Assembly (NCBI GenBank): GCA_013239625.1
Contig: MU054323.1
Coordinates: 6,623,220 to 6,687,219 of the forward strand
From: Lama guanicoe
Lineage: Eukaryota
Direction: 5' to 3'
DNA length: 64,000 nt
Shown: piece by piece, positions 27,350 through 41,324 of the stretch
How the letters are laid out: each line of letters begins with the position of its first letter
How positions within the stretch are numbered: position 1 is the first letter of the stretch
Made by a program: the position numbers and the translations under genes
Notes under the pieces: generated by a model
What the model was told of the DNA's origin: nothing
The model's database searches: none
What the model saw: the letters and a program-made list of their open reading frames with translations, nothing else

Positions 27350-28005
27350 GAAACATGCCCAGAGCATTCTGTTCTCAACAAGGCCTGCCCTCAAGAGAAA
27401 CTATTTTACCAGAGTCTAACTGACCGGGATTTTACGAGACACAGACTAATCTGAAGGAAGGGAAATTATCCTACTCCAGCCCCCTCTAACCTTCCCGTCT
27501 GACCTAAGGGGAAAAAAAATAAAACAAAACCAAGAAGTACCTGTGAAGTGGGCTTTACAGAACCCAGGGGCAGGGCTCACTAGAAGTGTGAGCCCTAATC
27601 ATGGGCTATAGAACATTCCCCTCTCCCCACCCTGAACCATCGTGTCAGTAAGGCCTCTGTATAATAACAGGGGGACACAGATGAAAGAATTGTGTGTCTC
27701 AGACATTATTTAAGAAGAAGTCTCCAGAGAAACCTAAAGGCAGCAGAGCAGACAAACAGGATGCCAGAGGAAATTTTAGGCTCTGACACCTACAGTTATA
27801 GCAAAAGGTAAACACAGGCAACCGCCAGCCAGATAAATATAAAACTATCCACTAAAGGCCTATTTACCTCAGTTCCTTTTATTTGTATACCAAAAAATTA
27901 CAAGGTGTGCTAAAAGACAAACACAGTGTGAAGAGACAGAGCCATCAGACTCAGATGTGGCAGAGATATTGGAATTATCAGACCTGGAATTTGAAAGAGC
28001 TATGA
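27350..28005 (+). mobile_element. L1 5' region / ORF1 start fragment (L1MD/L1M4-like)
   Basis: cattctgttctcaacaaggcctgccctcaagagaaactattttaccag...gactcagatgtggcagagatattggaattatcagac. Confidence 0.65.
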
Positions 28006-28059
28006 TGGTTTTGTTTCTGATTCTAATTCTTTCACATTTCACTTGTTCCTTTCACAGGA

Positions 28060-31000
28060 CCTCCAGGACAAAGGTAAATAGACGTGGTGATAATGGTCAT
28101 CCTTGTCTTTTTTCCTTGAATTAAAAAAGACTTCTAGACATTTCACTGTCGACTATAATGTTTGCTTCAGGTTTTTGGTAAATACACTTTTTCATGGTAG
28201 GAAGTCTCCTTCTATTTCTAGTTAGCTAAGAGTTTTGTGGTTTCTAAAAAAATCATAAGTGGATGTTGAATTTTATTGAGTGCTTTTCCTGTATCCTCTG
28301 AGATGATCATGTGGTTTTCCTTCTTTAATTTATTAATGCGCTGAAATAAAATAATAGATTTTTTTCTTATGGTAATTCATCATTGTATTTGTGTGATAAA
28401 CCCAGTTGATCACAATCTTTAAAAAAACTACATTTCTGGATTGGGATTGCTATTATTTTGTCTAGGATTTTTTACATTTATGTCCATAACCAAGATTGGC
28501 CTATATTTTCCTTTCTTGTACAGTCATTGTCTGGTTTTGGTATCAAGGATACACAAGCCTCCTAAAATGAACTTTCCATTTTTGAGTTCATTTGCTAGAA
28601 ATGAACTCTCCTGCAAAATGATAAGAACCTCATGTATTCTTTGTGGTAGATGTAACTATTATTCCATTTCTTTTATGATTATAGGCCTACTAATATTTTC
28701 TATTTCTTCTCAAGTTAAATTTTAAAATCTATGTTAAAAATCAATGTCATTTCATTCCAAATTTATTGGCACTAATTTGTCAAATGCTTTTTATTGTAAT
28801 CATAGTTATATCTTTATATCATTTCCAATATTGTTTATTTGTGCCTTCTCTTTTTTTATTGATCAACCTTACCAGAAGTTTGTTTACCATATTTTATTGA
28901 ATCTACTGCACTAGATAGTACTCCTTTATTCATTTTGTAATATCTGGATTTAGAAATACAACTCATTAATGTTTATTCTTCTTTTAAAAATACATACATA
29001 CAAAGAAATTTTCTTTTTGTGCTATTTGCACTATAAGTTTGATACGTAATGTTTTTATTGCCATTGATTTTCTATGTATTTTCATAATTATTTCTCTTTT
29101 GAAGACTAAATTTAAATTGTTTTAAAAATTTCCAAAGATTAAAAAGTTTTTAAATTTATTTCTAACTTTATCACATTGTACTCAGAAAACATGCTCTATA
29201 TATAAATTCTTTAATGTTTGTTAAGACCTTCTTTATGGTCTTGTGCAGAGTTAATATTTATAAATGTTTTCTATTTAACTTTATAAGTGATCTTGAAAAA
29301 TTATGTATCCTATAATTGTTGGGTATAGAGTTCTCTGCATGTCAGTTAGATTGAATTTAAGTCAGTTATATAAATCATCTGTATCTTTAACTAACTTTGT
29401 GTTTGACCTTACTATTTCATGTGTGAGAAATGTTAAAAAACCCCCCAGTGTTGTTATAGATTTACCAATTTTCCTTAGAATTTTGTCAAGTTCCGCTCTC
29501 TTTATATTTTAAGGCTATGATGTTAGGTCTGTTTCTTCCTCATGATTTAATAAATTCAACCATTCATTTACTGAGCACCTACTATGTGCCAGGCATTGTT
29601 AAGGACAGTCAAAAAACAGCATTGAACAAAGCAGAGAATTATTCCTTTTATTATTAAGTAACGATACTCTTTATCACTAATAATACTTCATGCTTTAATA
29701 TTTACTCTGTAACGATAATATTGGTGTGCCAGCTTTTAAAAAATACACATTTTCCTAGTATTTTATTATCCCTTTGTTTTCATCAGCATATGGCAGGGCT
29801 TGGTTGTTTTTTTAACTCTAACTGGAGAATTTCTGACTTTTAATGGAGAGATAGAATCCCTCTTCTTTTATTTTGATCAGTTATATATTTGGTATTAATT
29901 TTAGCAAGTTATTTCGTATCTTCTGCTTACTCTGCACTTGCTGTTTTTCTTTTTCTATCATGCATTGTCTTGATATTTTAAAGTCTTCTTTTCTCTGTTG
30001 GTTGGGAAGTTATATATTATATGTCTATACTTTTGGAAGCTTTTTGGTTATTGTTAATATTTAACATGTAAGGTTGCTTTAACAATATTTGAGCCAAGAG
30101 TTCTATCCTCTTCCCAAGGAGTGCCAAGCCTTAGATTCTTTAAATTTGGTCACTCTACCTCTCACTTGACATGTTATTCTTGATTGGTATTTTATTTACA
30201 CTTTGTTTCTAAATGCCAGTTAGTCTCCAGTATTATTAATGTTGTTTTTACGAATGAATATTTGTATAGATTCAATTTACATGTTTACCAGTTTACCTCT
30301 TAACTGTTTTCTGTCTTTTGCATTTCATGTCTTTACTTTTGTTTCAGTTTCTTTCATCTGCTACTCCAGGAAGCAATAACTATTATAGGTCTCCCAGTGA
30401 TAGCCTGTGAATAATAAAATGTTTCTCTGTTAGTCTGAAAATGACTTTATGTTAGCCTTATTTTATTTTATTTTTTTTATGTTAGCCTTATTTTAAAAGA
30501 TACTTTGCTTATGTGTGTAACTTTAAGTTAAATATTTTCTCTTAGCCCTTTGAAGATGTTAATCTAGTTTTTAAGACCCTATTGTTGCTGAGAAGTCTGT
30601 TGCCTATCAAATAGTTATTCTTTTGTGGTGAGATGTCTTTCCCCTCTGGTTGCTTTTGAGATTTTTCTATCTCTGGTACTCTGTAGATTCTTTCACTATC
30701 ATTTGTCTATGGATTTTTTCCTGCCTTGTCCTTTAGTGTGAGGACTTACATCTTTCTTTAAGTATGGAAAATTTCAATGTTTTCTCTGAGTGTTGCCTCT
30801 CCTCCTATTTTTCTCCTACAGGAACTCCTACTGGGGGTGCGTAGCATCTTCTCATGTCCTCTCTGTCTCTTAGCTCCTCTCGTGGGGTTTCCACCTCTTT
30901 AATCTGTACTGCATTCTGTGTTATTTATTCGGCTCTATTCTCTAGGTAAAGATTCTTCCTCAGCTGTGTCCAATATGCTGCTTAACTGTCCTTTTAAGCT

Positions 31001-31090
31001 TTTTATTTCAGTGACAATGTTTTTTATTTCTACAAAATTTTTTAATATGCCTAGATTTTCTTCATAATGGCTTCTTTTCTTTCTTCTATA
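28060..31090 (-). mobile_element. Highly degenerate old L1 (ORF2 region)
   Basis: T-rich antisense L1 motifs (gtcatccttgtctt, ggatgttgaattttat, ttgctgagaagtctg). Contains an L2-like segment at ~29550-29640. Confidence 0.7.
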
Positions 31091-31103
31091 TCTTTAATCA
31101 TTT

Positions 31104-32118
31104 GTTTAATTCAGATTGCACTAGTTTTATAGTCATGTGCATGTGTATACTTTTATGCCACCTTATCATATGTATAGCTGTGTGTAACAGCCACCACAGT
31201 GGAGATACAGAACTGCTCCATCACCCCAAGGCTCATGTTGCTCTTTAGAGCCACGCCCACTTCCTTCACTCAACCAGCTTGTTCTTAACCCCTGGCAACC
31301 ACAAATCTGGTCTCTATTTCTGTAATTTTGTTATTTCAAGAATATTATATAAATGAAATAATGCAGTATATAACCTTTGAGATTGGCTTGTTTCATTTGC
31401 CATAATTCTCTCAAGATCCATCCAAGCTATGTGTATTAATAGTTCCCTCCTTTTTATTGCTCAGTAATATTCTATGGTATATACCATAGGTTGTTTACCA
31501 CTCACCAGTTGGAGGACATCTGGATTATTTCCAGTTTTAGGCTAATATAAATAAAACCATTATGAATTTTCATGTACAGATTTGTGTAAGCACAGATTTT
31601 CATTTCTCCGGAATAAATGCCCAAGAGTTCAATTGCAGGATCATATGTTAGTTGCATGTTTAGTTTTAAAAGAAATAGCCAAACTGTATTCCAGAGTGGG
31701 TATATCATTTACTATTCCTAGCATTGTGTGAATGATCCAGTCTCTTCACATCCCCCGCAGCATTCTTATAGGTGTGTAGCGATATCTCGTTGTTAGGCTT
31801 TGCATTGCCCTAGTGGCTAATGATGTTTAGCACCTTTTTGTGTATTTGCCATCTACATGTCTTCTTTGCTGAAACATCCATTTGTATCTTTTGCCAATTT
31901 TCTAATTGGATTTTTTTAACTGCTTAGTTTTGAGAGTTCCTATATATTCTATATACAAGTCCTTTTTTGGATTTGTGGTTTGCAAATATTTTCTCCCCAT
32001 CTATAGCTTATCTTTTCATTCTCTTCACGGGGTCTATTGCAAAGCAGAAGTTTTAAGCTTTGATGTGATCCAATTTGTCAATTTTTCCTTTTAAGAACTA
32101 TGTTTTTGGTGTCAACGC
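31104..32118 (-). mobile_element. L1 3' portion (L1MC/MD-like) nested in older L1
   Basis: ORF 31502..31708(-) gives L1 ORF2 C-terminal text (LWNTVWLFLLKLNMQLTYDPAI). Possible TSD aatcattt at 31096-31103 and 32119-32126. Confidence 0.8.
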
Positions 32119-32161
32119 AATCATTTTAACTTAACTATCTAATAGTCTCTTTTTTTCCATT

Positions 32162-32293
32162 AAATGTTTTTTTTTCTTTTTAATTGGGGGGGCAGGTAAT
32201 TAGGTTTATTTATTAATTTTTAATGAAGTATTGGGGATTGAACCCAGAGTGAATGCTAAGCATATACTCTCCCGCTGAGCTATACCCTCTCCA
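32162..32293 (-). mobile_element. tRNA-Ala-derived camelid SINE (Vic-1 type)
   Basis: aggtaattaggtttatt...gtattggggattgaaccc...gctaagcat...gctgagctataccctctcc. Confidence 0.9.
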
Positions 32294-32657
32294 CTTTTCT
32301 CCATTTTTAAAAATTGAAGTACAGTCAATTTACAATGTCTAGTAGTCTTTTTCTGATTTACAAATTACCTAACTTATGACTTTATTTTCTTCATCTATCA
32401 AATGGGGATAAGGGTAGATTGTTATAAATGCTAAATTCGACTATGCATGTAAAGTGCTTAGTACAGCATCTGTCGCATAGTAAATATCAGCTCATCTTTA
32501 CAGACACCTCACTGTCTCGCTTACAGGACTATGGTCTCCAGGAAGACAGGGACCTAATCTTAGTAAGTTTGTTGAGTGCATTTGCACCTCTGTGTAATAG
32601 CCTTTTTCTCGACTGAAGGTCATATGCCATGTTAGTTCACTATCTAGAAGACTCTTT

Positions 32658-32816
32658 GAAATAAACATTTATTTATTATTGTATTATTTTAATTGTTTTA
32701 TTTTGGGGGGAGGAGGTAATTAGATTTATTTACTTTTAAAGGAGGTACTGGGGATTGAACCCAGGATCTTGTGCATGCTGAGCATGTGCTGTACCACTTG
32801 AGCTAAACCCTCCCCC
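32658..32816 (-). mobile_element. tRNA-Ala-derived camelid SINE with 14-bp TSD
   Basis: Full SINE body. TSD ctagaagactcttt at 32644-32657 and 32817-32830. Confidence 0.95.
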
Positions 32817-33420
32817 CTAGAAGACTCTTTTAATAAAGAGAGAAGATCCCCAAGTAGCCTATCTTGTGCTTATGTGGTAGGGCATGCTTAGTGGGAAAAT
32901 ATTTCTAGTTATTGATATTTGTGCCTCTCCCTCCCTATGGTCTGGGTAGCTCTACTGATCCGAGTTTTCCCAAAGTTCTTGTGGCCATTCATTTTTCTGG
33001 TCACCTTCCCTCTTGAAGCTGTGCCTGTACTTTTTCTGGGGTGGCTAATCATTTTTCTTTTAAATTCACTTTTAAATCCTTCTTCCAGAGCACCCTGTAT
33101 GCAGCTAAAGTTATTTTGCATTTGGCAACTCTGAGAAATTTTAAAATGCAATTAGAGAGCACATTTTCCTCTTTCCTCTAGTTACTCCCATGTTACATTT
33201 CCCATGAGGTTTATTAAGAGTTTAAAGGAGGGAAACAATGTAGCCATCTTTCCCTTTGACTTACTGTAATAATTTAAATAATCCCTTTTAAACGAATGTG
33301 TGGATTTAAAAGTTAACAGCAATAATCATTGAGTGGTAATATTATCAATGTTTATTTTTTCTTTATGCTTTTCAACATAAATTCTTGTTGGGTTGGTTTA
33401 CATTCTGTTCTCACTTCGGC

Positions 33421-33913
33421 TGTGACAGTTCTCTCAGAGACTGCTAACTGTCTTCAAAGTCCTTTTTCTCATTCTTCTTTGGTAATAGAATTTTTAGCTG
33501 AGTACAGAGATGCCCAGAATAAAGACTACATTTTACAGCCTCCCTTGAAACTAGATGTAACCATGTGTCTACCTTCTGGTAAATGAGATGTAATTAGAAA
33601 TGTCATATGTGATTTGGGGAAAAGGTTCTTGAATGGAAGATGTATATTCTTTTTCCTTTCTTTTTCCTTCTTACTGACTAAGAAGCAGATACAATGGCTA
33701 GAAGCTGAGCAGCCCTTTTGGACCATGAATATAAAGGTCACATCCTGGGCTAGCAAACTAGATAGCTGGAGAAGCTTGGATCCTTGACAACTTTGTGGGC
33801 TTTGCCATACCATCCCCAGGCTTCTCACCTCTGGATGTTTTACATGAGAGCTACATGTATGTTTAAGCCCTTGTTAATTTGGATTTTATGGTACAGCCAA
33901 ATTAAATCCTGAC
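33421..33913 (+). mobile_element. MLT1 (MLT1J-like) solo LTR
   Basis: gaataaagactacattttacagcctcccttg...agaagctgagcagccc...acctctggatgttttacatgagag...tgtttaagcc. Confidence 0.75.
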
Positions 33914-34084
33914 ATGGAATATTCATATTTTCCTTTCCCTCAAAGGTGAAGAATTTATATTTTATGCTCTTCCCTGGACATGTGCTTTATAAGTAAACTG
34001 TTGAGCTTGGAGTCTTACACAGTTTTAAGATTGTTCAATCTCTTAAAGCTCTGATTCATTGGAAACATTAGTACATGTTTAACA

Positions 34085-34530
34085 GGACATACTTATAAGA
34101 GTGTTCATGGCAGAATCCACTTGTAATAGCAAAAATTTAGAAACTGTTGATGAAAATGATTAAATAAAATTGTGGTACATCCTACTATTGAATATTATAC
34201 AACAGTGAAAATGAATTAACTATAACTACAACATTGTTGATAAATATAGGGAACATAATGTTTAGCCAAAAGAACAAGTCCCAGAAGACAACATATAAGT
34301 TCAAACATAAATAAACTACCATATTGTTTAGGCCCACACATATGTGTAATAAAAATGTAAAGAAAAGGAAGTGTATGATAAAAGCAAAATTTAAGAGAAT
34401 AACCACTACTAAGGGGAAGGTTGGGGGATGGGATAGAGGAGGAACACGTGGGTCAGTGTAAGTCATGGAGGTCTTTTAGCTCTTGGGTTGAGAGGTGGGT
34501 CCGTGAGTGGTTTATTATATTATTATAACA
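34085..34530 (+). mobile_element. Old L1 (L1ME-like) 3' fragment
   Basis: aataaaattgtggtacat...aacagtgaaaatgaattaacta...aaaagaacaagtcccagaag. Confidence 0.65.
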
Positions 34531-37500
34531 CATACGGTATAAATCAATCAAATGAGGTTTATGAAAGGACCAAAGGACTAATCATAGTCCTGGATTCATG
34601 GAACACCATTAACATGAATCAGGACGGTGATAATCCAGTTTTGTGCTTCTGAAGTTCATAAAACAATCGTACCACTTAAGAAACTGCCTATTAGGCAGGT
34701 CTGGTTTAATTTCTATAAACCAGGCAACAAGGATGGATGTGTTTCTATTTGTGTATCCAACTGTTTCCCTATCCATATTTTAAAAAATAACTTCATTTTA
34801 GAATAGTTTTAGATTTACAGAAAAGTTGCCAAGATAGTACAGAGTTACTGTAAACCCTCTACCAACTATCAGCCCTGTTTGCCTTGTTGTTAACATTTTA
34901 CATTATATGGTACATTCATTCCAATTAATGAAATAATGATGACACGTTATTATTATTATTACTAACCCTAATCAGAATTTAAGCTTCCTGAGAGCAGGGC
35001 TCATGCATCTTAGCATTCCCCAGCATCCTGCCTTTAGTCAGTGTTTCACGTGTGTTGAATTGATGAGGAAATTAAACATACTAAATGATTAAATTGTCTG
35101 CAAAAATAAGCGCCATATTTCATGATCAAATATAATTTGTTTTAAGCAGCTAAAGCTGCTTTGAGATAGAACCCTGAACCGAGATGGATTTAATGCTCTT
35201 AAAAATCATTGTTTTTGAATTATTTACAAGCGTTCTCATTAGAATAAGCAAAAAGAGCCAAGTGCTGAATTGGGTATTTTTTTCTTCCCTGGGTTTCTTT
35301 TCTAAATCAGGTCACGGAAAATGGATGCTATTTCTTTAAATAATATAACCAAGCTGATCCCTGGATTACAATTAGGTTACGTAACTTGCTTATGAGCTGC
35401 TTTTCATTAAGACTTGCAGTGGGCAATGGGGCTTTACATTTCAGAGCAAAGCTGGGAGAACAATCCTGCTAAAAGCCAGAACATGCGGTATCGGAGGCAG
35501 GAACTGCAATAACTTCGGCACGGGATTGAGCTCAATGTAGGTGGCTCCTTTTCTCTTTAAATCCTGAAAACATCCTTTGTCCTACCAAACTCCCTAGTTC
35601 CAAATACATCCAGAACAGAGGTGCTGAGGACCCTCACTAAGGGAGAAGACTGAGGTTGTTGGCCTCCAGCAGGCTGAGCATTGTAGCCCTCCAGGGAGGA
35701 CATTATCAAGTTTCTGCAGAACCATGGCTCAGTTTCATTTCTTGCAGAATACAAATTACTAGGAAACATTTAAGAAATATGGCCAAAGGAGGTAACAAAA
35801 ATCCTAGTACCAGCATATAACCATATCTTTGCAAATAAGCATTTCAGAGGCACAGTCAATAAAGTGGGTGTCAGATCAAGGGGAAAACAAGAAGCTTGGT
35901 GTCAAAGAAATCAAGTTGGAAGAGATTCCAGATGGGGGTTCATCAAAACATAAAAACATCTGTTCTTAAAAATGGAGATAAAGCCAACTTTCTTCTAAAA
36001 GGAAGTTGTTCTTTGCTGTTAAACAAGATACCACAGGATGAGACCATTTTGGAGACTAATATTAAAACCACCTCAAAGAAGATGATAAATGTTGGAAATT
36101 GAAGTTTTACAGTTAGAGTAAGCAAAGTTATCAGAGGGTGGGACAAAGCACCCTTGTCAATAAATAAACAGGGAAAAAGCTCTGCTCTCCAGAGAGTGAA
36201 TCAGAACATCTCATGAAAAGAAAGGCTAGCATAATGCCAAAATTCTACCAAATGCAAAATTCTTTTTGAAATGGAATTACTGCATAGTGATTAAAATGGC
36301 AATCAGGAATGGTTAAATGAACTTGGAGGCCTTCACGTCCTTGAAGAAACACCTGTCATATACTATATGGGAAGAGCTCAAAGGACAATTTTTAAAGCAG
36401 TTAAATAAGCTTGTTTCTTAACTTTTGATAAATGTGATCTCTTGCAAATTCCCTGTCTTGGGTATATTTTATTATATAGCTATATAAAATAATGAATAAG
36501 GGAAATTCTTTTAACATAGTTAACTTTTTAAAATTATGGTTAACTTTCAACTACTAATATTTAATATTTATAGTTAACTTTTATAAGCTTTTTAATTTAA
36601 AAATAAACTTTTTACTATCAATACTACCAGTGTAAATGTAAGCTATATGCTTGAATGCAAAGCAGTTAATTAATTCTAATGGTATTGGACATTAATCTTG
36701 GCTTCAACACAGTCTAAAACTTGCCTAAGTCCTGTTGGTTGCTGGGGAGTCTTTGATTCTTGTGTGTGTGTCTAATTTACTAATGAACTTGGTGTCATTT
36801 AGGGCTGAACCAAGCACATCTGAACGGGTCTGGCTGCTCCTGAGCAGCTGGGGAAGGGCACCCACAGTGTTCTGAGCAGAGTTGGAAGAACACCAGAGCT
36901 GAGATGAGTCAGAGGCTCTCAAAGTGTGTGATGAGTCAGAATCAATGCCCCCTACCCAACCCCAGCTGTAGCCAAAAGAAGTGGGGGAGTTCTAAAAGGG
37001 AAGATATTAAAGGACACACCACAAACCTCCTCCCTGAGATCCTTTGCATCCTGAGTGTTGTAGGCCTCACCATTCCTAGAGAGGCTCAGACCAGAGGCCA
37101 CAATCTAAGCGAAGGCCAGAGAGAAAGCCAGCAAAGATAACCTTAATCCTAACCCTAGCGTGATGGACAGTGAGAAAGAGGACAGACTGGCCAGCACATG
37201 CCCCTGGGGTGTGATCACCAGCAGTGAATTTTGGGGAATCTGCAAGCGGTCCTGGGAGTCACGGAGATGCACCAGAGAAAATGTGTGAGGTCTGGGCCCC
37301 AGAGACTTGGGTTTAAATTTAAATCCTTCCTCTGTTAGTTTCATGTGTGATATTGGAGCAAGCCACTTAAATATACTGAGCCTCACTTCCCTTACCTGAA
37401 GGTAGTTGTATTCTTTCTTGTTAGGTGGTTGGTTTGGTGGTGAAGGAAGGGAGTTGCATGTTGCTAAACAGGACTTCGTGATATGGCTTAGCTCAATATT

Positions 37501-37836
37501 GGGCCTAAAGTGAAGGAGATATTCAGCAAAATATTTGTTGAATGAATATGTAAGTGATGTTACCACTAGACCAGCCAATTGAGGCTGTGCTTGATTCCCA
37601 GTTGACATGTTTTCCGGGATACAATTTCTTCAGACCTCTGTGCATCCTCCAGAGACCATGAGCTGTCTGTCTCCTAATCTGGGAGTTGTCTGTGTCCTAT
37701 AGGAAAAATTATGTAGAGGAGCTACAAGTTTAAGTATTTAGTCTCAAAAAGCTCTATCTAATCCTCTATAGAAGTGTACAACCTTCTCAAAAATGGTTTT
37801 CCCAGCAAACACGCCATTGGTGAAGACTGACATCTT

Positions 37837-38700
37837 TTAAAACAATTTTTTATATTGAGGTATAGTTGATGAACAATATTATATAAATTACAGGTGTACA
37901 ATATAGTGATTCACAATTTTTAAAGGTTACACTCCACTTATAGTTATTATAAAATATCTGCTATATTCTTTGTGTTATACAATAATACTTGTAGCTTATT
38001 TTATACCTAATAGTTTGTAGCTCTTAATCCTCTACCCCTATCTTGCCCCACCTCCCACTTCCGTCTCCCCGCTGGTAGCCACTAGTTTGTTCTCTATATC
38101 TGTGAGTCTGCTTCTTTTTTTTTTATATTCACTAGTTTATTATATTTCTTAGATTCCACGTATAAGTGATATACAGTATTTATCTTTCTCTGTCTGACTA
38201 TTTCGCTTAGCATATTACCCTCCAAGTCCACCCATGTTGCTGCAAATGGCAAAATTTCATTCTTTTTTATGGCTGAGTAGTATTCCATCATACATATATG
38301 GTACATTTTTGTTGTCCATTTGTCCATTTGTCTGTTGATGGACACTTAGGTTGCTTCCATATCTTGGCAATTGTAAATAATGCTGCTGTGAACATTGGGA
38401 TGCATGTATCTTTCCAAATTAGTGTTTTTATTTTTTTTTCAGAAATATACCCAAGAGTGGAATTGTTAGGTCATATGGTAGTTCTATTTTCAGTTTTTTA
38501 AGAAACTTCCAGACTGTTTTCCACAGTGGCTGCACCAATTTACATTCCCACCAATAGCATCCAAGGGTTCCCTTTACTCCACGTCCTTGCCAACATTTGT
38601 TATTTTTGTTCTTTTTGATGAGAGCCATTCTGACAGGTCTGAGGTGATATCTCCTTGTGGTTTTGATTTGCATTCCCCTGATGATTAGCGATGCTGAGCA
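37837..38700 (-). mobile_element. 5'-truncated L1 (L1MA9/cetartiodactyl type) with 15-bp TSD
   Basis: ORFs 38094-38345(-) and 38428-38712(-) are L1 ORF2 C-terminus ([21 protein letters not shown]). TSD gaaga(c/t)tgacatctt at 37822-37836 and 38701-38715. Confidence 0.93.
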
Positions 38701-39809
38701 GAAGATTGACATCTTAATGATGATGAGAGGGCCAGAGGCTTTTGAGTCTTAATTCAGTAATGGAGCTCTTTTCAGAGAAATATTATTCAGCTTTCTTTTG
38801 ACCAAACTTTACTGAAGGCTTCTCCTCTGCAAGGCTTTGTTTTAGGTCCACCCAATAGAAGAATGACAGATAAGTCACAGAAGCCCTATCTAGAACTTAC
38901 AATCTTATAGAAGGAAATGACTGCAAAGATGACTATAGCAAAAAGACAGGTTTTGGTAAGAAAAGCATGAAGACAGAGTCATGGGGCTGTCTTGTTAATT
39001 TCTGCAATTCTCACATGGCCTCTTGTTCTGCCGTGCAAAAAATAATGATGATAATAATGATAATGATGAGAAAGAAATAGTAATAATGTAATTGCAAGCA
39101 TCCTGAGTACTTACCGTGTACCAAACACCATGCTAAGAGCTTCATCCATCCTTACATTGCTTTGTTTAATTTTTACAACTGTTCGATGGCTTCTCTTACT
39201 AGACCAGATTAAAAGTAAAGGAATTAAGGCAAATATTTCCTCTGGGAGATGCTGGAGATATTCATTGGCTTGTTCTTCTGAATTTCAGCCCATATAAAAA
39301 TTTGGGGAACAAAAATGGAAGAAAAATTTTGTTTCTAGATGCTACTAGAAGGTAGACTTTGAAGGGGAAAGAAGAAAACTAACACTAATTATTGATTATG
39401 TGCCAAGGACCTTTACATACAAGACTTCATTTAATCTTCATTCCACGGGTGAAGAAATGGGAGGTTAGAGAGGAAGGTTACATAAGTTGAGCCCAAGTAT
39501 GCCTGACTCCAAAGTCCACATTCTTTCCATTCAATCAGTAGCATCTGGCTCTGCCACTTATTACCTATGAACATCACTTACATTCCCTAAACCTGTGTTC
39601 TCAACAGTAAAATAGGGATAAAATGGCTACCCACCCAGCCCTTATGATGCTTTGAGGAATCATGTGAAATAATTGGTGTGTTCTACAAAAATGAGGCAAG
39701 CATGTATCCAATAACAAGTGATGCAAATTCAAATAAAGGAGACAAACATAGCTGTGATACAACATGTTAGGTGTTAATATCCCTGTAGAAAAGAGAGTTA
39801 TTTCTATTG

Positions 39810-40160
39810 CTTGGGGTAGCGAGGGAAGAGTCCATCTAGAAGGTGACTTTTGAGCTGAACTTTTGGAATGAGGAGGATTTCATTACATATAGAAAAAAAG
39901 GTGGGGGAAGGGGAGTGGAGGCTGGGCATTTTAAGGAGAAGAAATGACACGAAAGACATGGAGGCGTGAAAGAGCGTGATGTGTCCAGGATACAGTGAGC
40001 TGTGAAGAATGGCCAGAGTACCGGGTGCCTGGGTTTGGCAGATGATGAGCCTGGGAATGACTGGACCAGACTGAGAAGGCCTTGAATGCCATGCTAAGGC
40101 CTTTGGACTTAATTCTGTAGACAATTGGGAGCCACTGAGGGTGACTACCCAAAGCATCCA
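39810..40160 (-). mobile_element. L2 fragment
   Basis: gaaggtgacttttgagctgaac...ggccttgaatgccatgctaagg...ttggacttaattctgtagacaattgggagccactg. Confidence 0.75.
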
Positions 40161-41324
40161 TAATGACAAAGAGTCTGAACAGGGCCTTTTGCCATCCTGT
40201 TCTTGTGATGATCACAAAGTCCCATGTTCAGAACATCACAGTCTGTTGCCATGGAAATAGTAATGGGCCTCACTATGGGAATAAATTATCCTCATCATTA
40301 TACCTTTCTTCCAAGGAACTCAGAGTGTTTGTTGTATGTGTTTTCTTTTCTTTCTTTCTTTCTTCTTCTTTTTTTTTTTTTTTAAATAGAAGCACCAGAT
40401 GGTGGTTAAGGGAAAGAAGAAAGCCTAAAGACTGTTAAATTAAAGGAGATTTCAAAGGAATGGAAGGAAAAACACAAGTTGAATTTTGAAAGGTTTAATC
40501 AAAACAGATGGCAGAATATCTCAGCCTGAGGGAAGGGGAAAAATTGTCTCAGAACCGATCTGAAGTGGAAGCTTCTTCACCCTTGCTTCCTGGGCCCCTG
40601 TCTGAGGCCTCTCTGCAGGCTGATGGTTCAAGCTGGCTAATGAGGAAAGAGAGGGGTGTGTGTGTGTGTGTGTGTGTGAAAATATATATGCCAGAGACAA
40701 GAATTAACATCATTGAAATGCCTTTTTATGTTACTATAAATACTGATTTATTATTCATGTGATCTTTATTTTCAGACAAAAAGATTTTCTTTTAAGTAAC
40801 AAAAAAATCTTACTATCCTCACCAAAGTGTGCCTGCTGTTTTCAGTCTGGGGGTAGAAAAAGGAAACTATTATTTTGTGTGTCTAATTTGTACACACTTT
40901 CCTGTATCACCCTATTTTAATTATCTGTTTAATTCAGTCTTTGGACAGAATAGTCCTTTGAGGGAAGCATTGTTATTCTCTGTCACAGAGGAAGATGAGG
41001 CCCGCAGAGACCGCAGCTGTTATCCAGGTTATTTGTAAGTGGCAGAGCCCTGATCTGAGCTCTAATGAGCTCAGGCCCTTCCAAAATTCCAAGAGTTCTG
41101 CAGCCTCTCTGGACCCCCGATTCCTCTATATAACAGGAAAAGCACTGCCTGGTCCAGTGTTCTTGCTTTAGAGGCACGAGCATGCCGTGGAATGTGAGTC
41201 TAAAGAATGGTTAACACCATGCACATTTTCTGGTATTCATTTGAGACCTCTGAGTCCCTGTCCTGCCAGACTGCCTGGGGTTCTTTTGAGTGGACCAATC
41301 ATAGTTATTTAAAAACAAAAAACA

